The translations under genes were made by a program, and so were the position numbers. DNA of 24,054 nt from a virus (lineage: Duplodnaviria; Caudoviricetes). How positions within the stretch are numbered: position 1 is the stretch's first letter; every line of letters begins with the position of its first letter. The DNA lies in the IMG/VR virus record IMGVR_UViG_3300037222_000065, positions 1 through 24,054 of that record; one strand, given 5' to 3'. This document shows positions 7,259-15,804 of the stretch, in pieces. Below the pieces are notes generated by a model. It did not search any database and had not been told where the DNA came from. It saw nothing but the letters and a program-made list of their open reading frames with translations.

Positions 7259-8985
7259 AGCAGAGCTTCGGCGAGATCGCAACCCAGTACGCGCAAGATG
7301 TTGTTGATGGCAAGTTGCCGGCGTGCAAGTGGACGCGGTTGGCTTGCGAGCGGCACTTGCGGGATTTGGCGCGGGCGGCGGCATGCGAAGTAGAAGGCTC
7401 CGAGGATAACTGGCCGTACCGGTTTAATCCTGAACTGACCGACGTTGACAGCAAGGTGTACCGGCCGGCGGAGCGGGTGTGCCGGTTCGCGCAGCTGATG
7501 CCGCACATCAAGGGCGATTGGGCGGCGCGGCGCGAGCTGATTCATCTTGAGGCGTGGGAAGTATTCATCCTGGCATCGATCTTCGGCTGGGTGCATGTGG
7601 TCACCGGCAAGCGGCGCTTTCGCGTTGCGGATCTGTTTGTGCCGCGCAAGAATTCCAAGTCAACGCTGGGCGCGGTGATCGGCAATTACATGCTGGCGGT
7701 AGATGGCGAATTCGGCGCGGAGGTTTATTCCGGCGCCACTTCGGAAGATCAGGCGCTGGAAGTATTCCGCCCGGCGCGGCTGATGGCGCGTGCTACGCCG
7801 CAATACCTGGCGCGCTATGGCGTGATCGTCAACGTGTCCAACCTGTGCGTGGTGGACACCAACAGCAAATTTGAGCCGGTGATCGGCAACCCGGGTGATG
7901 GCGCGTCGCCTTCGTGCGCGATCGTGGATGAATATCACGAGCACAAGACGCCGCAGCTTTACGACACCATGAAGACCGGCATGGGCGCGCGGTCGCAGCC
8001 GCTGCTGCTGGTGATAACCACCAGCGGTTCGGATATCGCGGGGCCGTGCTACCAGCACCAGGTGGAATTGCAGAAGGTGCTCGAAGGCGTGATCGAGGAT
8101 GATCAGCGCTTCGGCATCATCTACACCATCGATGATGAGGACGACTGGACCAGCGAAGCGGCGCTGATCAAGGCCAACCCGAATTTTGGTATCTCGGTCG
8201 ATGCGGATTTTTTGCGCGGACAACAGCGCGACGCGGTGGACAATCCGCGCAAGCAGAACATATTCAAGACCAAGCATCTGAACATCTGGGTGGGAGCGGC
8301 ATCGCCCGCGTTCAACCTGCACAAGCTCAAGTTGCTCGGCGATGCGAATCTCAAGATTGAGCAGTTTATCGGCGAGACCTGCTGGGACGGACTGGATCTG
8401 GCGAGCAAGATCGACATTGCCTCGCGGGTGAAAGTATTCCGCCGCGAGATTGCCGGCAAGACGCACTACTACGCATTCTCGCGCAACTATGTGCCGCAGG
8501 CGCAGGTGGACAAGCCGGAGAACGCGCACTACCAGGGCTGGGTGCATCAGGGCTACCTGACCGCCACGGTCGGCAACATGATCAATCTCCGGCAGATCGA
8601 GGAAGAACTGGTGGAGGATTCCGAAAAGTTTGTGCAATCAGAAATATCGATGGACGCATGGGGCGCGCGCGAAATGATGCCGTCGCTGGCGGAGCAGGGC
8701 TTCACCGTGGTGGACATCCCGATGCAGACCCGGCACTTGTCCGAGCCGATGAAAGAAATCGCCGCGCTGATCGAGGACGGGCGCTTTCACCACGACAACA
8801 ACGAAGCGTTCGTGTGGATGATGTCGAACGTCGAAGTGTATCCGGACCGCAACGGCAACATCTTCCCGCGCAAGCAGCGCGAAGAAAACAAGATCGATGC
8901 CGCGGTCGCACTGATTGTGTGCATGTCGAGAGCGATGGTGGCGGCGGTCAAGGAAGAAAAGAAATACCAGTTGATGTTTGTTTAG
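7243..8985 (+). CDS. Terminase large subunit
   Basis: Walker A VPRKNSKST, Walker B AIVDEYHEH, nuclease GLDLASKID and KIDAAVA. Confidence 0.97.
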   Translation: MGSGIEQSFGEIATQYAQDVVDGKLPACKWTRLACERHLRDLARAAACEVEGSEDNWPYRFNPELTDVDSKVYRPAERVCRFAQLMPHIKGDWAARRELIHLEAWEVFILASIFGWVHVVTGKRRFRVADLFVPRKNSKSTLGAVIGNYMLAVDGEFGAEVYSGATSEDQALEVFRPARLMARATPQYLARYGVIVNVSNLCVVDTNSKFEPVIGNPGDGASPSCAIVDEYHEHKTPQLYDTMKTGMGARSQPLLLVITTSGSDIAGPCYQHQVELQKVLEGVIEDDQRFGIIYTIDDEDDWTSEAALIKANPNFGISVDADFLRGQQRDAVDNPRKQNIFKTKHLNIWVGAASPAFNLHKLKLLGDANLKIEQFIGETCWDGLDLASKIDIASRVKVFRREIAGKTHYYAFSRNYVPQAQVDKPENAHYQGWVHQGYLTATVGNMINLRQIEEELVEDSEKFVQSEISMDAWGAREMMPSLAEQGFTVVDIPMQTRHLSEPMKEIAALIEDGRFHHDNNEAFVWMMSNVEVYPDRNGNIFPRKQREENKIDAAVALIVCMSRAMVAAVKEEKKYQLMFV

Positions 8986-9224
8986 ACGTCTGCACCGGAC
9001 GTGGCCGCAGGTTGGGCAGGTGACGAAGGGCGGCACGAAGGTGATGCCGTGGAGTGGGATACTCAGAGAAGGCTAGTACACGCGGACCCGTGGCGTGTTA
9101 AGGGACTCGACGACAAGGAAGATAATGTTTACAATTTAGAGCTTAATTTACAAGCTCAGTATTGTGTGGGGTCTACGGACTGCCAAACCACTCCGGATGC
9201 ACTACCCGGAAAAAATTTATTAGT

Positions 9225-9250
9225 CCGCCAAAATTTGGCGGCCTTTTTTA
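9225..9250 (+). terminator. Intrinsic terminator-like hairpin before the protease gene
   Basis: CCGCCAAA-A-TTTGGCGG followed by CCTTTTTT. Confidence 0.55.
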
Positions 9251-9264
9251 TTTCCGGAGATGCC

Positions 9265-9927
9265 ATGAATCATAAAGCATACAGCCTGCTGACGATCAAG
9301 TCGGTGGACGAGCAGCGCCGCATCATTCGCGGCATCGCGAGCACGCCGACGGCAGATCGTATGGAAGATATCGTCGAGCCGATGGGTGCCCGGTTCAAGG
9401 TTCCAATGCCGTTGCTGCTATATCACAACAGCCAAAAGCCTGTCGGATCGATGGATTTTGCGAAGCCAACAAAAGAAGGTATTCCGTTTGAAGCCAGTTT
9501 GCCGAATGTTGTTGAACCCGGCGTGGTTCAAGACCGCGTAAACGAAGCATTTCATTCGCTGAAATATAAATTGATTGGCGCCGTTTCAATCGGATTCCAG
9601 CCACTCAAGGATGGCGTTGAATTACTCAAAAGCGGCGGACTCCGTTTCATGCAATGGGAATGGCTGGAACTGTCACTCGTGACGATACCGGCGAATCCGG
9701 AGGCCGTCATTCAAAGTTTCAAATCAGCAGATGCTGCACAAATTCAGCGCAGCCTCGGACTCAACCCGAGCGATGAAGCTCGACAAGCCTTAATCAAAAG
9801 CATTGACCTCGCGTTGCTTGCCGCGTCCGGCAATCGGCCACGCCAGGTTGTGCATTTGAAAAACTCCCCCGGCGTTTCGGGAAAACCGCCTGCGCGCCGC
9901 GCCGGTGTTGTTTATTTGAAACCATAA
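9265..9927 (+). CDS. HK97-family prohead protease
   Basis: SD GGAG, MNHKAYSLLTIKSVD..IRGIASTPTADR..LLLYH..SIGF..ELSLVTIPANPEA; the start at 9265 is preferred over the track start at 9001. Confidence 0.93.
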   Translation: MNHKAYSLLTIKSVDEQRRIIRGIASTPTADRMEDIVEPMGARFKVPMPLLLYHNSQKPVGSMDFAKPTKEGIPFEASLPNVVEPGVVQDRVNEAFHSLKYKLIGAVSIGFQPLKDGVELLKSGGLRFMQWEWLELSLVTIPANPEAVIQSFKSADAAQIQRSLGLNPSDEARQALIKSIDLALLAASGNRPRQVVHLKNSPGVSGKPPARRAGVVYLKP

Positions 9928-9939
9928 AGGAAAAAAATC

Positions 9940-11502
9940 ATGCAATTATCCCGAAGCAAATTGATTCTGGGCGTGATCGTGGCAATGGGCATCTTTGTCG
10001 CCTTCACATTTTTTGGCCATCCACAGCCATCGTTCGTCCCGCATGACATTTTTGGAACAATCAGCACCTTGGGTGTGATCCCGTTCGGATTTGGCCTCAC
10101 CAAGAGCATCGCTGAGCAGATTAGCTCTTTCGAAGCAAAAAGGGCGGCTTCTGCCGCGCGCATGTCCGAGATCATGGACAAGGCCGGCGAAGAAGGCCGC
10201 ACCCTGAACGACACCGAAACGCAGGAATACGACGGCCTGCAAACCGAAGTCAAGACCGTTGACGAACATTTGACCCGCATGAAGGCGCACGAAAAGCAAA
10301 TCGTCGCTACCGCTACCGCAGTCAAAGGCGTAGTCGATGCGGAGTCCGCATCACAAGTGCGCGGCGGCGTTTCTCACGACAGCCCGATCGTGCTGCGGAA
10401 CAACTGCGAAAAGGGTATCGGTTTCGCGCGGTATGTGAAAGCCATCGCCATGTCGCGCGGCAACATGACGCACGCCCTGGCAATCGCCGAGAACAACAAG
10501 CAGTGGCACGATCAAACTCCTGGTGTGGAACTGATGCTGAAGGCGGCGGTGGCCGGTGGCGATACCACCACGCCAGGCTGGGCGTCGGAACTTGTCTGGC
10601 CGGTGAACCTCATCAACGAATTCATCGAAGTGCTGCGGCCGGCAACGGTTATCGGCAGGATTCCAGGCTTGACCAAAGTGCCTTTCAACGTGCGCATCGC
10701 CGGCGCGGATCAAGGCACGTCGGCGAACTGGGTTGGGCAAGGCAAGCCCGCTCCGGTGAGCAAAATGCACACCATGGCAATCACGCTGGGCATCGCGAAA
10801 GCGGCCGGCCTGGTGGTGCTCACGCAAGAACTGGTGCGCAGCTCCTCGCCTTCTGCCGAACTCATGGTCCGCAACGACCTGACCAAGGCGATCGCGCAGT
10901 TCCTCGACCAGCAATTCCTGTCGCCGGACTACGCAGCGGTGACGAACGTCTCGCCCGCGTCCATTACCAGCGGCGTCAATCCGCTTGCTGCTACCGGCAC
11001 CACTGCGGCCACGCTGCGCGCGGACGTTCAAACGCTGTTCGGAGTGTGGATCGCTGCGAACCTCGACCCGACTGGCGGCGTCTGGGTTATGCCGGCAACC
11101 ACAGCCCTCGCAATCAGCCTCATGCTGAACGCGCTGGGTCAGCCGGTCTTCCCCGGCATCAGCATGAACGGCGGCACGTTCTTCGGTCTCCCTGTCATCA
11201 CCTCGCAGTCTGCGGTGATGGTCGGCAGCCCGGTGAGCGGCGAGGGCAACATGATCATCCTGCTGAATGCGCCGGAGATCGTGCTGGCCGATGATGGCGA
11301 AGTCACCATCGACGCAAGCGCGGAGGCCTCAATCGAAATGCTGGACAACCCGACGAACAATGCGGCTGCCGGCACGCCGACCACCATGGTCTCGATGTTC
11401 CAGACCAACGCCGTCGCGTTGCGCGCCACTCGCTTCATCAACTGGGCCAAGAAACGCTCGACCGCAGTGCAGTACATCAAAGATGCGGCTTACGTGACCT
11501 GA
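9940..11502 (+). CDS. HK97-fold major capsid protein with delta domain and an extra hydrophobic N-terminal extension
   Basis: Coiled-coil delta region, WVGQGKPAPVS, ELVRSSSPSAE..VRNDL, SMFQTNAVALRA; SD AAGGA. Confidence 0.95.
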   Translation: MQLSRSKLILGVIVAMGIFVAFTFFGHPQPSFVPHDIFGTISTLGVIPFGFGLTKSIAEQISSFEAKRAASAARMSEIMDKAGEEGRTLNDTETQEYDGLQTEVKTVDEHLTRMKAHEKQIVATATAVKGVVDAESASQVRGGVSHDSPIVLRNNCEKGIGFARYVKAIAMSRGNMTHALAIAENNKQWHDQTPGVELMLKAAVAGGDTTTPGWASELVWPVNLINEFIEVLRPATVIGRIPGLTKVPFNVRIAGADQGTSANWVGQGKPAPVSKMHTMAITLGIAKAAGLVVLTQELVRSSSPSAELMVRNDLTKAIAQFLDQQFLSPDYAAVTNVSPASITSGVNPLAATGTTAATLRADVQTLFGVWIAANLDPTGGVWVMPATTALAISLMLNALGQPVFPGISMNGGTFFGLPVITSQSAVMVGSPVSGEGNMIILLNAPEIVLADDGEVTIDASAEASIEMLDNPTNNAAAGTPTTMVSMFQTNAVALRATRFINWAKKRSTAVQYIKDAAYVT

Positions 11503-11543
11503 TCAAGCTGGTAGCTTGTAGCCAGTAGCTTGTAGCAAACCCC

Positions 11544-11614
11544 AAATCCCCCTCCGCTACGCTCCTCCCCCTTTGCAAAAGGGGGAGAGCTTGCGAGGGG
11601 GCCGAGGGGGATTT
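11544..11614. repeat. REP-like palindrome family B, copy 1 (intergenic)
   Basis: AAATCCCCCTC...TCCCCCTTT-GCA-AAAGGGGGA...GAGGGGGATTT; related copies at 21170-21240 and 22194-22227. Confidence 0.85.
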
Positions 11615-11631
11615 GTTTTTTGGAGAGAGAG

Positions 11632-11841
11632 ATGCCAGAACGTATCAGCAAGGTTGCCCATGAATATGCGGGGCGTCAGTTGTCCAAAGGAGACAAGTTC
11701 GAGTGTGAAGAACAGCATGTCAATCTATTGTTGGCCATAGGCCGTCTCGAGCCTGAAGAAGGCGAAGAAGGCTACCAGACGCGCGACATGCGCGCCGGCA
11801 AGGGCGGCGGATACAAGCGGAAGAACATGGAGGCGGCATAA
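11632..11841 (+). CDS. Small phage protein following the capsid gene
   Basis: SD GGAG; MPERISKVAHEYAGRQLSKGDKFE...YQTRDMRA. Confidence 0.75.
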   Translation: MPERISKVAHEYAGRQLSKGDKFECEEQHVNLLLAIGRLEPEEGEEGYQTRDMRAGKGGGYKRKNMEAA

Positions 11842-12009
11842 ATGCTCCAGAAGCATGAAGTCATCGCCGTTGCAATTTTCCTCGCGGCACTGTGCCTGTT
11901 TATTGCCGGCATCGCGATATTGTTTGGCGCCGGGTGGGCGATGCTGGCCGCCGCACTGTGCCTGCTGCTCGTTGCCATCGTGATCACAAGGGGAATGCCG
12001 CGTGGCTGA
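11842..12009 (+). CDS. Small two-TM membrane protein preceding portal (55 aa)
   Basis: Not in the track. SD GGAGG; MLQKHEVIAVAIFLAALCLFIAGIAILFGAGWAMLAAALCLLLVAIVITRG; overlaps the portal start. Confidence 0.75.
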   Translation: MLQKHEVIAVAIFLAALCLFIAGIAILFGAGWAMLAAALCLLLVAIVITRGMPRG

Positions 12010-13423
12010 TAATTCGCTGACCAAGGTATTGTTCAACGGGCTGATGCGCGCCAAAAGTCAGACCCTCAACGCCGTGAATTCCGGCGGCGGCTGGTTCGGC
12101 ATATTGCGCGAACCGTTCGGCGGCGCGTTCCAGGCGAACATCGCGATCGATGCGCCGCGCCGCATCCTGGCATTTTCCGGCGTCTTCAGTTGCGCCACCA
12201 TCATCTCCACCGACATCGCCAAGATGGGCATCAACCTGACGCAGGAAGATTCAGTCGGGATACACACCAAAGTCAAGACCAATTCGCCGTTCCTCGGCGT
12301 GCTGAAAAAACCCAACCATTACCAGACCTGGTACAAATTCATCGAGCAATGGATACTCTCCAAGCTGCTCACCGGCAACACCTATGCGCTCAAGTTGCGC
12401 GACGGGCGCGGCATCGTCACCGACCTGTATATCCTCGACTCGCAGCGCGTCACACCGCTGGTGGCGGACAACGGCGACGTGTATTACAAGCTGTCGAAGG
12501 ATTGCCTGTCCATCCTGCCCGAGCCGGTCACCGTGCCGGCCAGCGAGATCATCCACGACATGATGGTCAGCCTGTGGCATCCGCTGGTGGGCGTCACGCC
12601 GATCTATGCGTGCGGCGTTTCCGCCACAATGGGCAACCGCATCACCGCCAACAGCACCGCGTTTTTCGAGAACATGAGCCGCCCCTCCGGCAGCCTCACC
12701 GCGCCCGGCAACATCACGGACGAAACGGCTACCCGGCTCAAGGCGACCTTTGAAGAAAATTTCAGCAACGGCAAGCTCGGGCGGCTGATGGTTGCAGGCG
12801 ATGGGCTGGCATACCAACCGATGACCATCAACGCCATCGATGCACAACTCATCGAACAGTTGAAGTGGACCATCGAAGACGTGGCGCGCTGCTTCCATGT
12901 GCCCATGTACAAGCTGGGCGGACCGGAGCCGGTGCGCGTCAGCGTCGAATCGCTGAATCAGACCTACTATTCCGATTGCCTGCAAGGGCTGATCGAATCC
13001 GTAGAATCACTGCTGGACGACGGGCTATCGCTGCCATCCGGATTCCATGCCGAATTCGACCTCGACAACCTGATGCGCATGGACAGCGCGACACGCCTCA
13101 AGACCAATGGACAAGCGGTGCGCGATGGCATCCTCGCGCCCAACGAAGCGCGCGCGGTCGAAGATTTGCAACCCGTCAAGGGAGGCGATTCTGTCTACAT
13201 GCAGCAACAGAACTACTCGCTCGAAGCGCTGGCCAAGCGCGACGCGCTAGCCGATCCATTCGCCGGCAGCAACAAGGCGCCTGCAGAACCCTCTCCCGCC
13301 GGGGGAGGGCAGGGTGGGGGAGCGAACGATGCCACTGCGGCGAATGATGCCCAGGCAACGCAACAAGCTGCCGCACTCGCCGAGCTGATCATCAAGGGTT
13401 TGGCCGAACCCGCCATCGCCTGA
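12002..13423 (+). CDS. Portal protein, HK97 family
   Basis: VFSCATIISTDIAK, KPNHYQT, LLTGNTY, EIIH, FFENMSRPSG, DVARCFHVP, PNEARAVEDL. Confidence 0.95.
   Translation: MADNSLTKVLFNGLMRAKSQTLNAVNSGGGWFGILREPFGGAFQANIAIDAPRRILAFSGVFSCATIISTDIAKMGINLTQEDSVGIHTKVKTNSPFLGVLKKPNHYQTWYKFIEQWILSKLLTGNTYALKLRDGRGIVTDLYILDSQRVTPLVADNGDVYYKLSKDCLSILPEPVTVPASEIIHDMMVSLWHPLVGVTPIYACGVSATMGNRITANSTAFFENMSRPSGSLTAPGNITDETATRLKATFEENFSNGKLGRLMVAGDGLAYQPMTINAIDAQLIEQLKWTIEDVARCFHVPMYKLGGPEPVRVSVESLNQTYYSDCLQGLIESVESLLDDGLSLPSGFHAEFDLDNLMRMDSATRLKTNGQAVRDGILAPNEARAVEDLQPVKGGDSVYMQQQNYSLEALAKRDALADPFAGSNKAPAEPSPAGGGQGGGANDATAANDAQATQQAAALAELIIKGLAEPAIA
13285..13328. repeat. REP-like palindrome family A, copy 1 (in frame in the portal C-terminus)
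   Basis: AGAACCCTCTCCCGCCGGGGGAGGGCAGGGTGGGGGAGCGAACG; encodes EPSPAGGGQGGGAN. Confidence 0.9.
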
Positions 13424-13434
13424 CAAGGAACAAC

Positions 13435-14295
13435 ATGAATCCACAAATCGAGGCACTCGCCAACAAGATGATCGAGGCCATCAAGGGCCATGTGGCGCGC
13501 GCCGCAGCCGTGCTGTCGGAACGGCTGACCGCGCTTGAAAAGCGCATCGGCGAGATCCCGGCAGGGCCGAAAGGCGAACCCGGACAGCATGGAGAAAAAG
13601 GCGCGGACGGGTTGCCCGGCAAAGATGGTATCGATGGCAAAGATGGATTGCCCGGTCAAGATGGAGAAAAAAGCGTGGATGGGTTGCCCGGCAAGGATGG
13701 GCTGAACGGTAAGGACGGCGAATCGGTGCATCCGGATACCGTCAAGGTATGGCTGTTCGAGATGGTCGACAAGGCTATCGCCGCATTGCCCAAGACCAAG
13801 GATGGCGAGAACGGCCGCGACGCGCTGGCGCTGGATATTCTTCCGATGATCGACGAGACGAAAAGCTATCCGCGCGGCACGTTCGCAGAGCATCGCGGCG
13901 GCATCATCCGTGCGCTGCGCAACACCGATCCGGTGACCGATGGATTGGCCAAGGCTGGCTGGCTCGTCTGCATGAACGGCATCACCGCCGAGATCGAAGA
14001 AACGCTCGACGAAGGCCGCACCATCAAGCGCACCACGCACTACACCGACGGGCGCGAACTGGTGCGCGAGATCAAGACCAGCGCGATATTGTATCGCGGC
14101 ATCTGGCGCGAGGCTGCGTTCGACGCAGGCGACGTTACAACCTGGGGCGGCTCGGCCTGGCACTGTCAGGAGAAGACCAGCGACAAGCCGGGCACCTCGG
14201 CAGCATGGAAGCTCATGGTCAAAGAAGGCGCGCGCGGCAAGGATTTCAGGCCCAATGCCGAACCCGCCGTCGGCGCGCCGGTGCATCTGAAATGA
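13435..14295 (+). CDS. Collagen-like (Gly-X-Y) phage protein
   Basis: N-terminal coiled coil, GPKGEPGQHGEKGADGLPGKDG... triplets, C-terminal YRGIWRE..GDVTTWGGSAWHC domain. Confidence 0.85.
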   Translation: MNPQIEALANKMIEAIKGHVARAAAVLSERLTALEKRIGEIPAGPKGEPGQHGEKGADGLPGKDGIDGKDGLPGQDGEKSVDGLPGKDGLNGKDGESVHPDTVKVWLFEMVDKAIAALPKTKDGENGRDALALDILPMIDETKSYPRGTFAEHRGGIIRALRNTDPVTDGLAKAGWLVCMNGITAEIEETLDEGRTIKRTTHYTDGRELVREIKTSAILYRGIWREAAFDAGDVTTWGGSAWHCQEKTSDKPGTSAAWKLMVKEGARGKDFRPNAEPAVGAPVHLK

Positions 14296-14969
14296 AATTT
14301 ATACTGGAACGCACCGTCGATCCTGACATTGAACCAATTTTATTGGCCGAGATGAAAGCACATCTCAGGGTCACCGATACCGACAACGATACCCTTATCA
14401 CCGGGCTGATCACCGGCGCGCGCGAATGGGTTGAGGACTACACCGGCCGCGCGCTGATCGACCAGACCTGGCGGCTCACGCTGGCCGGCAAATATCACGG
14501 CTACATCGGCGGCGATAGCGTCGGCGGATACCGTCCGGGATATTACACCTACGGTGCCGGCACGCGCGACATGGAATACTGGATACGCGGCGGCGAGATA
14601 CTGTTGCGCAAAGCGCCGGCGCTCTCGCTGATCTCGTTCAAGTCCGTGGACAACGCCGGGGTCGAGACCGCCATCGACGCGGCTTATTATCAATTGCGCG
14701 AGATCGATTCAAAATGGCCGCGCATCGTGCCGCTGAACGGCGCGACCTGGCCCGCCTGCAGCGACCTGCGCATCGTTTACCGCGCCGGCTTCGCCGACCG
14801 CGATTCCAGCCCGCAACAAGACGGGGCAGCCGTTCCGTTCAGGTTCAAGCAAGCGATGAAACTATGGGCCGAAGCGAACTACGATCGCGATGATAAAACC
14901 ATGCAGCTTTACCTGGACACCGCCGAACTGCTGATCAAATCGGAACGATCGGAAATGGGAATGGCTTGA
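14292..14969 (+). CDS. Head-tail connector (HK97 gp6 / phiE125 gp8-like)
   Basis: EPILLAEMKAHLRV..DTLITGLITGAREWVEDYTGRALIDQTW..YRAGF..VP..FKQAM..YDR; ATG at 14292 overlaps the upstream stop. Confidence 0.9.
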   Translation: MKFILERTVDPDIEPILLAEMKAHLRVTDTDNDTLITGLITGAREWVEDYTGRALIDQTWRLTLAGKYHGYIGGDSVGGYRPGYYTYGAGTRDMEYWIRGGEILLRKAPALSLISFKSVDNAGVETAIDAAYYQLREIDSKWPRIVPLNGATWPACSDLRIVYRAGFADRDSSPQQDGAAVPFRFKQAMKLWAEANYDRDDKTMQLYLDTAELLIKSERSEMGMA

Positions 14970-14995
14970 CAACCTATCCCAAAATGGGATAGTAT
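14966..14995 (+). promoter_or_regulatory. Moron promoter with embedded operator
   Basis: TTGACA (14966-14971), 18-bp spacer, TAGTAT (14990-14995); palindrome CTATCCCA-AAA-TGGGATAG (14974-14992). Confidence 0.7.
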
Positions 14996-15050
14996 CCTCC
15001 TTGAGCAATAGCATTGGGCTGTTGCAGTTCTGAAGAAGGATGGAAATTAA

Positions 15051-15230
15051 ATGTCAACTCAGAATGAAAAAATGAAAAATAATCTTCTGGATATCGCAGA
15101 AGCTATTGACAAATTATTTGATCAAAACTTCGATGAAATATTAATCAATGAATATGGTGAGATAGTTGATTATCTATTACTAACCGCAAATGCTATAGAT
15201 CAAAAATTTGTTGTGGCTGCGGCGCGATGA
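15051..15230 (+). CDS. Small acidic hypothetical protein (59 aa)
   Basis: Not in the track. MSTQNEKMKNNLLDIAEAIDKLFDQNFDEIL...; AT-rich; ATGA overlap with the next ORF. Confidence 0.65.
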   Translation: MSTQNEKMKNNLLDIAEAIDKLFDQNFDEILINEYGEIVDYLLLTANAIDQKFVVAAAR

Positions 15231-15475
15231 ACACTGAAAATAAAACGAAGAATGATGAACCGCAGTCCCTCTCGACTGCTGAGTTGGACGCTGAGATTAA
15301 ACACTATCAATGTTTAGTTGAATTTGCAGAGCGTGAAGTGAATGCGGGTAATGAAAGAATTAGAGCTTACCTTGAAAGCTATGCGAATCATCGTGACTCA
15401 TTGCAAATACGGCGTAATGCAATGGTGGCTAACGTAGAGTTGAGCACCAGCCAACAGCGCGAGGAGAAACCATGA
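15227..15475 (+). CDS. Hypothetical protein, cassette-like ORF ending within attC
   Basis: 82-aa ORF; the C-terminus ANVELSTSQQREEKP is encoded by an attC arm. Confidence 0.65.
   Translation: MNTENKTKNDEPQSLSTAELDAEIKHYQCLVEFAEREVNAGNERIRAYLESYANHRDSLQIRRNAMVANVELSTSQQREEKP
15262..15289 (-). other. Truncated attC half-site (R''-spacer-L'')
   Basis: Minus strand GTCCAAC-tcagc-AGTCGAGA-GGGACTGC; no complementary arm visible. Confidence 0.55.
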
Positions 15476-15531
15476 GTAAAACTAAAGAACCTATCACGCT
15501 GTTGGCTGTGCGCTCGAACGCCGGGTTGGGC
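15427..15531 (-). mobile_element. Integron-type attC recombination site (105 bp)
   Basis: Minus strand: R'' GCCCAAC, 5 nt, L'' GTTCGAGC, stem GCACAGCCAACAGCGTGA / TCGCGCTGTTGGCTGGT, L' GCTCAAC, 5 nt, R' GTTAGCC; two unpaired bases in the R''-L'' arm. Confidence 0.82.
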
Positions 15532-15795
15532 GAAGTTTATGCCATCCCCGACTTTTTACGCAACCCTGCAAACTTAGCAAAGGAAAGAAAAATGGAAAAA
15601 GCAGAACTGCAAGAATTAGTACATGCCGCCCTTGGGGAACTCATCGACAGAATTGAATTGTGTGGAGCATCTGAAAAACTTACCCACGCTGTGACGCTTG
15701 CCGCTGACCTACGGCAGGCTGTTGGCAACCAATGGAACACACCGGATGAGTATGCAAAGAAAAGAGTGCTGGCGGTGTTGCCCAACGTAAAGTAG
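15472..15795 (+). CDS. Hypothetical protein, cassette ORF starting within the attC loop
   Basis: SD GAGGAG and ATG lie in the attC centre; the body is bounded by GTTGGGC (15525-15531) and GCCCAAC (15780-15786). Confidence 0.7.
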   Translation: MSKTKEPITLLAVRSNAGLGEVYAIPDFLRNPANLAKERKMEKAELQELVHAALGELIDRIELCGASEKLTHAVTLAADLRQAVGNQWNTPDEYAKKRVLAVLPNVK

Positions 15796-15804
15796 ACCCC
15801 TGTA

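Noticed and set aside
9001-9264. 88-codon N-terminal extension of the protease
   Set aside because: No SD at the GTG at 9001, it crosses a terminator-like hairpin, and the SD and family-typical start are at 9265.
11510-11537. Short tandem GTAGCTTGTAGC duplication after the capsid stop
   Set aside because: Only two units; no function can be supported.
11842-12009. Two-TM protein as a holin
   Set aside because: No endolysin or spanin is nearby, and small membrane proteins commonly precede HK97-type portals.
13749-14291. Long N-terminal extension of the head-tail connector
   Set aside because: It is an alternative frame overlapping the collagen-like gene; the coupled ATG at 14292 fits better.
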